From Orbicella franksi (lineage: Eukaryota), in the NCBI GenBank assembly GCA_964199315.1, contig OZ116702.1:25110001-25174000 (forward strand): a DNA stretch of 64,000 nt, read 5' to 3'. Both the position numbers and the translations under genes were made by a program. Shown here piece by piece: positions 54,701 to 64,000 of this stretch. The stretch's first letter is position 1; the number at the start of each line of letters is the position of its first letter. Under the pieces are notes generated by a model, which worked only from the letters and a program-made list of their open reading frames with translations, ran no database searches and was not told where the DNA came from.

Positions 54701-57700
54701 TTATGGACATATGGATGTCGGAACAAAGGTAAATACATTAATAGCTTAGCAAAAAATAAGCATTGTCTATTCACACGGCAACACCATGAAATTATTTTAT
54801 GTTTTGCCAAACTTTTAGCATCATTGACTGATTGCGTTAAGTCAGAATTGTGTTTGCTATGGCTGCCTAGCAATCGTCCCAAGTCAGTGTAATTTTCTGG
54901 TACTATTGTCCCTTTTCCTGGTCTTTGAGTTTCAAGTTTAGGAAGCTCATTTATAGCTTGAGGGTAACATTAGATATTCGTTTCTATTTGGTGTATTGAG
55001 AATCAGATGTAAACACCGCAATTTGCGAAGTGTTTTCTAGTGGTCACTTAAAGTTACATACCCTGCTGAAACATCTGGTTCCATGGTGATGATACGTCCG
55101 GTTTTACACGATAAAAAGATGCTGCATCCTGTATCACTTGCTTGTTCGCCTAAAATCGCGAAGATCTTCTTTTTGTTCGAAGTCTATGTTCTGGTCTTGC
55201 GTTCGTGCGAGGACATCATGATTTTCCGACGCATTGGTGAAGTGTAACGTAAGTCGCTTTGTGTTTCCCTCAGCCCTGAGCGTTTCTAGTTAGCTACCCC
55301 AGACATTTTTGTGAGTTACATGTATCACGGTTTTAAATTTACAACGTGCTTTATTTACGTTATGCTTAATCCGGGAGAATAGAAGGAAATTCAGCGGAGT
55401 TTTCGATTGCACTGAAAATCTTTGAGACGAATCATAGTTGTTACAAAATGTTGTTATCACTCTGTTGCAGTTAGTATTTTATATCTCCAGATCGTTATTT
55501 CATATTCCATTTATATCGTTATTGCGTTTTGAATGCTTTCAACACGTCTTATAGTTCTTTGACGAAATTGCAAGGAGAATTAGCTTTGTTTGGCTTAAAA
55601 AGTTTGTCGGGTCATTTCAGTTAAAACATCGCTTTCGTCACGATTTTATTTTAAATAAAACAGCCGAGAAAATAATTTCATTTATTTTTAGCTGTTTGCT
55701 CTCATTTCATGTCATTTTTATGGTAGTTAATGCCATTTCATTTTGTTTTGTTCTCTTTGCAATTTGCAGCTTAATTTAAGTTAAGTCTGAGATTCATTTG
55801 TTCTTTTCTCAGCCGGTTTGTAATCTTCATAATGCAAATAAGTCACTCGGCTTGTTTAGCTTCTCAGTTACTCTGAATAATTTTTACAATTTTGTTACGT
55901 CTACTGACTTCTTTATTTCGTTTTAGACCTTAATAGCCGCCACCACGAAGTCATGGGAGCTGTGAAATCACAACTAGAGACTTCCCATCAAGAGGACTTG
56001 AATGACCTCACCGCCAGATACCTGGCCGAGACTGCCATCAAGGTCGAGACGACCCGTCTGGAGACTGAGCACGAGTGGCAAGAAAAATTAAACGAAATGA
56101 AAGAAAAACACGAACTTGAACTTCAGACAATGGGCGAAAAGTTGTCACAAGTGAGTACGGCTGGTTCTTTTTCTATTTGTGAAAACACTCATCGCCCAGA
56201 ATGCTATTGTTTTTCGCGACATGTACTTACAGTGCCCAATTTAATAAATTTTGAATGCAGTTTTGCCTCTTTAATACGGACACCAAGGGACAGATGTGAT
56301 TTTCTGTGTTATGGATGCGTCCCCATTATAGAGGCAAAGATTACATGCATTATATTTCTCTGAGAAGAAGGGGATTGTGTTCCTCTAATTTAGAGGTTCT
56401 TCTGTAATTCATAGGTACGACTTCTTCTCTGCCAGGTTACAAGAAAAAAACTTTACAACTTTCAGCGAAAACTTACCGCAATACTCTCACACACACAAAC
56501 TTTTCCTCCAGTCTTGAATTCTGTTCTGTAAGTCTTAAATACCAGTTTGTGTGCGAAAAATCCTTTATTGAATGGCTGAGAAAATTACTTCATTGTGATT
56601 GGCCGAAAGCAGGCCAATTTATTGTTAATTCTTAATTAACGACTTCACGATTCGCCTTAAGGCTCGTGCATGTTTGAGAGAATTTTCAAATATCACCCGT
56701 TGTGTGAATGCCTAATTGCACTCGCATACATGCGATTACGTATACTTATTCTTGCGTTATAAGCCTGTATTTTTATTATAAGCCGTTATTAAACGTTTTT
56801 TCTTTCTCTCCTTTTTTTTTCCTTTTTAGTTCGAAAAAGAGATCGATGAACTCAAGGAGAAACATGAACACGAACTGAGCGAAAAATTGTCTCAGCAACA
56901 GGAACAGTTTGAACAAATGCGGGAAAAAGAGCTTCAAGAAATGACAGATAAACATCGGGAAAACTTGGTTGATGCGATAGAAAAAGGCGAAATGGTTGCA
57001 AGTGAAAAGCACCAAAGTGATCTTAACGCTTTGCGAAATAAACTCATGGAAGAATTCCGAGAAAAGATTGAAGAACTTGAGCAAAATCTCGACGAGCAAC
57101 ACGCTCAGGAGTTGGAGGAACTTCGCGACGAGCTCGAAAAGGAAAGAACAGAAGTTACTAATGCAGCTTTGGATGATCTGGGAAAGAAACACGCTGAAGA
57201 AATTGAGTTTATTAGAAACGAGCAAGAACAACTGCTCGAACAGGCAGCAGAGACGAGAAGACGCTTGGAGAAAATGCACGGAGAAGAAATTCTAGAAATA
57301 AACGAACAAGTGAAACGAGAACACGAGAAATTGACGCGGATGAGAGAAGACTTGGAAGCCTCGTACGGTGACAGTGCTAAACAGCATGCGCAGCAGCTGG
57401 AAAGCTTGCGGGCGCAGCTGGATAAACAGCGCGACGAATTGAAAGCAAAGCATTTAGCGGAGCTGGAGAACTTGAAAGCGGAGTTTCAGAAGCGGCTTGT
57501 TGAAAGCGATCAGAAGCACGCTGAAGAGGTAGAGAGGCTGAGGTCTGGCTTGGAACAGGAGAAGATGGAAAGAGAGCTGGATCATGTTCGGGAGCTTGAG
57601 AAATTAGCTGAAGACATGGAAAGAAGGTAACAAAATGTTCAGTTTATTGTAATAGAAGTTCGTGGATGTGGTTATAAGAGGCTTAATGTAACCGATTTTG

Positions 57701-60700
57701 GTCCTGTTTCCTTTCCTCCGTCGACGATTTTTGTGGTTACACCCATAACATGGAGTGTTGGTGGCTCGGTAAGGGCCCCTAGACAGCATGTGTGCAGGTT
57801 CTGTAATGCTAGGTTATGAACTACAAGGGCGGCCGCCTCGCATCAGCTCGGGTTCGCTTGTTCGCCCGCCGTTTTTTTCGCCTTTTTCGAGTTAGGAAGC
57901 TTGTTTATAAGCATGTTCATGCCGTAAGGAATATGAGTAATATACGATATATTGACAATATCTGCTTCCCAGATTTGGAAGGTGGGGCATAGGTGAAGTG
58001 GGATCGCGTTGGATCATATATTGAATTATCAAGTCGCTTTGGCAACCGAATGTAACCACCCGATTAAGCTAACTCAAGATTAGCGAGAATTTGACTGCAG
58101 TTTTGTAACTTGTCGATGAGGTTTTCTGTTTGTGCTGTCTGCCCTTCAGTTTTGACTTTGGATAATCTCAAGCTAGACAAAGAATAAGCAGTGAAAAACA
58201 TATTTATACAGAAAAATTAATACATTGGTTGACTTGTAACCCTGGGTTAGCGTTAGCGTTAACCGATTTTCGAAAAATCCGGCCCCGGAAGTTTGTTATA
58301 TCCAAATTTTGAGGACTGAATTTAAAAGATCTCATCAAGCAAGTTTGTTTAAGAAGTGTCTCGTCTTAAGGCATGCCACAGAATAACGTTTCATGCACTT
58401 GCGTCAGTTGTTTTACATTTCTTTTTGTCAGATACATCTCCAAGGAGCAGCAGCACGCTAGAGAAATAGGAGAGCTTCAAACTGAGCTGCTTAAAGTGAA
58501 GACAGACATGGACAATAAACACTACAGCGAGCTGGAAAGCACTGTCAAAGACCTCGGCGGAAAGTACGAAGAAGATCTCGGGAAGCTTGTGAAAGAGCTC
58601 CAAGATAAACACGAACAAGAAATTGAGAGTCTAAAACTCGAGTTTGAACAGACAAAAGAAAAAGAAGTAGAAACGTGTAAAAACGAGTTGACAGAACAAT
58701 TTGACGACGAGATTCGCTCGCTGAAGTCACGCCATGAGATAGAACTCGAAGATTTAAGGGGACAGTACCAAGAAGACAAATTGAAAGATTTTGCGAAGAT
58801 GAGCGCCAAGATGGCTATGCAAAATGCACAGGCTTTAGAAAAGATGCGGCTGAAACTGAGCGCCACACACGAGAAAGAAATGGAGGAACTTAGAATGGAA
58901 AGTCAAAAGGACTACGAAAGTACAGCGCTAAGACTGTCCGCTCAGGTCGAATCCATGGAAATTGAACATCGCAAGGCATTACGGCAGTTAAAAATAGACT
59001 TAACCGAGAAACATCAGAAGGAAATGGAAGATTTACGGCAGGAGTTGAGCAACAAAGAGGAAGAGTTGTTAGATCTTAGCGAAAGCCACGAGAAAGAAGT
59101 GGAGACTTTGAAACACAGACAATATAGTGATTTGCTAGATGAAGTGTCGAGTGTCAGAGCGGAGCTCGCTTTACAAGCCGTGCAGAAGGTAGAAGAAGCG
59201 AAGTTAGCGATGGTGGAAGACAGTTCCAAAAAGGACGCTACTATACAAGAATACGAAGGAAAGATTCACGAAATCCTTGAGCAACACGAGAAACAGATTG
59301 AAGACTTAAGCGAAGAATACGAATCGCAGCTAAAAGAACTGAAAGAAGAACTGGAACTTTCTAAGCAATGGCTGACGTCGAAAGATGGCAGCAGCGAGGA
59401 AGAGTTATTTCAACAGTACGAGGGGAAACTTCAAGATATAAAACAACATTATGAAAAGGAAATTGAAGGTTTAAGAGACGCTAATAAATGGCATGGCCAT
59501 GACCAGGGAGAGAATGAAAAGTACGTGTTGGAAGAGATGGAAAATTGCCGCAAAGAAATCGACGAGTTGGGTGCTAGACTTGAAACCGAGAGAGAGCAAT
59601 TTAAAGACGTTTACGAAAACATGAAAGTCTCACAAGGGGAGGAGCTTTCGTCTTTACGAAGCGAGCTGGAAGCTAAACATCAGCGGGAGTTGAGCGAAAT
59701 GAAAGAACTTTTTGCCGAGAACGTTGAAGCGTTGAAGGAAGAACTACTTGTCGCTTCAGACGAAGCCAAAATGCAGCTTTTCACAGAAGAACTCGAGAAG
59801 AAGCATCAAGCAGAGCTTGACGCTCTGAGAGAACAGCTTACTACAGAACATCAAAATGAAATGGAGAACTTTAAGGAGGAGATGAGCGGAGAAGTTGAAG
59901 CACTCAGAGAGCAAATGCTTGACTCTTCCGAGCAAGAAAAGTTCGATGTTTTAAAAGAAAGTTTGCAGAAGGAACACGAAAACCAAATGGATGCTTTGAG
60001 AGAGCAGCTGGAAAAAGAAAACGAAGAAGAGATTGGAAAGCTTAAAGAAGATTTCGCAAAGGCTTTGGAAGCAGTGCAAGCAGAGGAAAAAGCGAGAGAG
60101 GAGAAGGCGCCATACTCTGGAGAAGACTTCGCCGAGCAGCTCGAGGCGGTGAAGCGACAACTCGAAGCTGAGCACTTACAAGAAATGGAAAAGCTCAAAG
60201 ACGACATGTTACATGAAGTGAAAACTCTTCAGGAGCAAGTTCAGCTAGCCGCCGATAGTGAAGTGGAAGCAACGAGGGTTCGTCTTCAGCAGGAAATGGA
60301 AGGAATAAAAGAAAACTTGGAGAAAGGGATGGCTGAAGAAAAATCACATCTTGTAGCAGGTATGAAAAGGTTCAACCTGGAATTCTTTTAAAGCCACGAT
60401 GCATGGTAGCTGAGAGAAAAGAAGAAAAAAAAGTTAAATAGACTGGTCTGCGCCAGAAATCAAATTCACAGAATTTCTCGTACTCTTTAGTCACGCTGTG
60501 TTTGTGCCAATTCAAAATGTCAGCTAAACAACGTGATTTTCTCGTTGAAAAGATATAAACATTTGTACGAACTAACAAAGAGTGATATGTTTGTGCACTT
60601 CATGCGATAGATTCATTTTCAAAAGTCGCCTCTTGGGACATCTTAATTTCCGGAATTGAATAAGAGGCAATAGATAATTGTTCTGCATTTGTTTCTTTGA

Positions 60701-62622
60701 TAAAGGTATCTTGCATTATTTCCATAATTGCTTGTTAAATACGAAATCATTTTAAGCAGTAAACATGCGTCTGGTTTAATGACACAAGAATCGCGTTTTG
60801 CTTGCAAAATGTTGGATTTACGAAGTTAGACTTTGGATTTGAATATGTCAACGTTGTGGGGAGCATCTTTGCGGGCACAGCAAGCGATGGGACTTGGTCA
60901 TTCTGTTGCTGGGCTATTTTGGAATGCCTCCAAACTTACGTAATACTCTTATTGCATCTGTTTGATTCATGAGTTTTTTGACGAAAATTTAGTTGAGCTA
61001 GGCCAATCATCGAGTTGAGCAAGAGCTGTCGGTAATTTCATCTTTAAAGCTTAAAGCGACCGACTCCAGATTTAAGGTAAAGTCGTTTGTCGCCATTTGT
61101 TAATACTGCGTACATTGGAGATTTTTCGCGATGCTGTACTGTTTGATCTCTTGTGTAAGTCATTTTCGATCGGTTGTCCAGCCCACGAGCATCGATTTGA
61201 GTAATTATTCAGAGTTAAAGAATAAAATTAGCGGCGATTGTTTTGTTGTTTTGCTTTCGCTTTCCACAGAACACCAAGCGGCCATGGCGCAAGCCCAAAA
61301 GGAACAGGAAACCCAACAGCAGAGCGACCTCGACGCTCTGCAAAAGAAACACGATGCAGAAATGAAAGCTCTACAGATGCGATTCAACGAAGAACTGGCT
61401 GCCGAAAGAGTTAAGCTCGAAGAAGAGAAGGAGGCAGATTTAGCTCGGTTACAAGAAGCACTCAGCGGCAGCCTCAGCGAACAACAGGAATTGCAGTTAC
61501 AAATGTTGAAGGAGCAACATGATCGTGAACTCGAAGCCGTCCGAGAGGAACTGGTGCGAACTCACATGGAAAAGTTCACCGAGATGACGGCTCGGTTGGA
61601 GACTGAACACGAGGTTTGTTTAATTCTTACGGTGACGATTTCGACTTAATCATTTTGAACGGGCCATAAGTTTGTTTTTGAGTTAATTTGCTTGAGTTTG
61701 CGGTCCATCAACGAAAGGTGCAAACATGTCGCAGAGAGCTTATGTAGTGCTTATGTAGTCTTTAATTTAACCGTGGTTGTTACTACGTTTTTACTTAAAA
61801 CTCCGTTTTAAACTTGGAACAGTGAGAATAATGACGTTGGAAGTTGTTTGGATACGCGCGGAGAAAACGCTTCTGCCTCAGTGATCTACCTGAATGCAAC
61901 TGAAAGTAGTGGGTGCGTGGAACGTTGAGGCTAGCAAGCACCAGTTGCGTGCCTTTATTTTGTCATGACATGCATCTCTTAAGCTACCTCATAAAGACAA
62001 TTAGAGACTAAAACATTTTCCCTCTGTTTCTCAAATTCTAAAGGCGAACCTCGAACGAATGAGAGAATTTACCCGCGCGGAAATGTCTCAAAAGTTCCAA
62101 ACGGAACTGGAAGAAGCTAAAGAAGTAGCTCGCTACGAACTGGAACAAGAACATTTAGAGAACCTTCGTCAACTCGAGGCCAGCCTGGGACAGAAACACG
62201 CGGAACAGCTGCGCGGATTGGCTGAATTACAGCAGAAGCACGTGGAGGAAATTCACATCCTCAAGGCTGGTCACGTGGCGGAAGTAGAACGTCTCAAGAG
62301 CGAAGTTGCGCAGGCGTACAACGATCAGCTTTCCGCCGTTAGTCTAGACGCCGAGAGAGAGCTTTCGCAGATCAAGGAAGAGCTCGATGTGGCTCACAGC
62401 AAGGAGATTGACGCGTTTAAGGACGCGCTTGAGAGAGAGAAATCACGGGTGCTAGCGCTAGAAGCGGTGCAGGCAAGCATGCAGACCGCGCACCGTGACA
62501 TCGTGCAACGCATGCAGGAGACCTTTGACAAGGAGATGGAGAGTGTACAGAGCGATGTGGACTCTGCACACGGGGAACAGGTGCAAGAGTTACAGAGTTT
62601 GCTCGAGGAGAGACACAAAAGG
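32681..62622 (+). CDS. AKAP9: AKAP9/pericentrin-family giant coiled-coil protein, 3'-partial (at least 3183 codons in window; the PACT domain is expected beyond the window end)
   Basis: N-terminus MESDDSERQKKLEAGKEK|LKMFQKKK matches the AKAP9/PCNT start (human AKAP9 MEDEERQKKLEAGKAKL). Exons: 32681-32734, 32854-33150, 33727-33804, 36813-38558, 39297-39527, 40369-42319, 43049-43470, 44049-44236, 44954-45131, 45740-46096, 53014-53188, 55927-56150, 56830-57626, 58432-60359, 61270-61613, 62044-62622. All GT-AG with matching phases (sum 9549 nt); E/K/Q/L-rich heptads throughout. AKAP9 versus PCNT orthology is unresolved. Confidence 0.85.
34980..35465. mobile_element. Non-autonomous DNA element with an ~170-bp terminal hairpin
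   Basis: TAATCATACAGTTTTTCTCGTTTGATTTGGAATTAATTTGCAC ... GTGCAAATTAATTCCAAATTGAACGAGAAAAACCGTATGATTA inverted repeat; ends ...AGCCAATCAGAATTGAGTAATTTT...TATATTATTAA. Confidence 0.7.
36709..36775. repeat. (TAA)n microsatellite, about 22 units
   Basis: Perfect trinucleotide run 36 nt upstream of the exon 4 acceptor. Confidence 0.97.
48023..48078. mobile_element. Short hairpin MITE remnant
   Basis: ACGTATTTCCGGTTGTCACTTGTC / GACAAGCGACAGCCGGAAATACGT inverted repeat. Confidence 0.6.
53328..53630. mobile_element. PIF/Harbinger-like MITE, copy 1
   Basis: TIR-like CCCGTCAACACTACGCTGGAGAAATTTGAAAACG ... CGTTTTCAAATTTCTCCGGCGTGGCGTGGAC; sister copy at 54218-54590. Confidence 0.8.
54218..54590. mobile_element. 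PIF/Harbinger-like MITE, copy 2
   Basis: Same termini and body as 53328-53630 plus an extra internal segment. Confidence 0.8.
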
Positions 62623-63275
62623 GTAGGAAGTTGTTCTGTTCTTCTGCAGTCAAAATTACCAGTTTTTTTTTTTATTTAGTTGGCGAAATAACCCACATCT
62701 CCTATTGCATTATTGACATTTTCTTTCCCAAAGCTTGATTCCTGTCGAGGGAAGATAAATCACGTCGAGAGAGTTAATCCACCTTATAGGCCTTATTCCT
62801 TAGTTAATTCCTATCAAGCTATTTATAGGTCACTATCGACTTTAGAAATCCTAGGAGGATCTAGTGATGTACATCCCGTGACGGGTATTTTACTCATGTA
62901 TCCAATGCGCGTGGTAACATTATTCGCGGGAGAACTAGATAACATATCTTAAAATGGCCTGAGCGGGATTACCTTGAGAATATGGCCTGTATGGGGGACT
63001 GACCCTCTTACCGTGTATCCTCTGCTGCCTACGAAAAATTCAGATCGAATGAAAAAACACACAACAAAAAGAGACACTGTACGCTTCCCTGTAGAGGCGT
63101 CTTGAAGCTCAGATGGCTTGAGAATCCAATCATCTCTGATTACATGACGCTTCTACGAAACACGCACACGTTTATCTGGCTTTGATTAGCGAAATCATGC
63201 AAACGTCCAGCAGGAAAACAGAAGAGCTAATTTTCCAGGGTGGAAAAATCTCCCTCGCCGCCCTCCTTGCCGTAG

Positions 63276-63616
63276 TAGGGAGCTTAAGCAAGGACCACGG
63301 CAACGCCGAGGACTAGGCCAAGTCAAATAGGAATTTATATTTTACCAGCGAAATTCGCGATTGTGTAGATCTGTTTAGTGCGCCAATGGCTCTAAAAACA
63401 TGCTCGGACTAAATATGCAATGACAGCGTTCAATTCCAAATGGAAATACGACAAATTAACCGTCGTCGTTCGCGTTCCCCAGACTACACAGAACTTGGTC
63501 ATTTCACATTCTTGTTTTGTCGAATTAAAAACGCACGTGCACAGCCATTGTTCTGCTCATTAAACCTTTTGTTCTCATTCTCGTTGCTGTCGTCGTCGTA
63601 GTTTGCTTAAGGTTAC
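63276..63616. mobile_element. MITE (TAGGGAGCTTAAGCAA TIR), uninterrupted relative of 4089-4915
   Basis: TAGGGAGCTTAAGCAAGG ... GTTTGCTTAAGGTTACC; reverse complement aligns with the 4089-4915 element minus its insert. Confidence 0.8.
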
Positions 63617-64000
63617 CGTAAACCTTCGCGGGTGTCCTTAGCGAAAAAAATATTACCGCGCTGTTATAAAGACAACCACTACAAATTGTATATCAATGCA
63701 AAGGTTATAGAATGCTCTATTCGATAAAAATTGTTTTGCCTCAATTTATTTTAATCATAAGGCGAGCGCGACCTAAAAGCGCGAAACGACCGACGTTCCA
63801 TTGAGCGAATTTATCGGGTATCAAACTCGACCACATCAGCAAAGCTACTGCATTATATCATTCACGAGGCATCAATCATCAAAACCGTGTGGGGGATTTG
63901 CGTTTTTCAAAATTGATCTCCTGCAATGGCCTTCGTCGTAAAACGTGTCGCTGTATTTTTGGACATCAAACTTGACAGAAATTTTCCAAAACAACAAATA

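Noticed and set aside
41040-60207. Multiple minus-strand Ser/Phe/Leu-rich ORFs opposite the large exons
   Set aside because: Antisense shadows of Glu/Lys/Gln-rich coiled-coil codons.

Overview
Eukaryotic animal genomic DNA, most likely a stony coral or close anthozoan (inferred from its SINE and MITE families); no prokaryotic features or CRISPR. Six spliced or short genes were reconstructed by hand from GT/AG sites, reading-frame phase and protein motifs. (1) A minus-strand secreted, multi-domain Ly6/uPAR (three-finger)-like Cys-rich protein that runs off the window start. (2, 3) Two tandem paralogous ~80-aa two-transmembrane microproteins of no family I recognise. (4) A COX7A-like cytochrome c oxidase subunit. 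(5) A complete 16-exon PSMD11/RPN6 of 417 aa. (6) A giant AKAP9/pericentrin-like coiled-coil gene, head-to-head with PSMD11 across 279 bp, with at least 3183 codons in 16 exons and running off the window end. The 3.7-19.8 kb interval is dense with nested MITEs, foldback elements with 9-bp target-site duplications, a near-perfect 268-bp palindrome and a mosaic of local duplications. There are two N gaps. The best leads are the 2-TM microprotein pair, a sharp CpG-poor to CpG-rich switch inside the AKAP9-like gene accompanied by several phase-compatible candidate internal first exons, a Mutator-like foldback element carrying a Penelope fragment, and a possible paired Cys loss in the Ly6/uPAR protein. 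No database search or computation was run; family comparisons come from memory and need checking.
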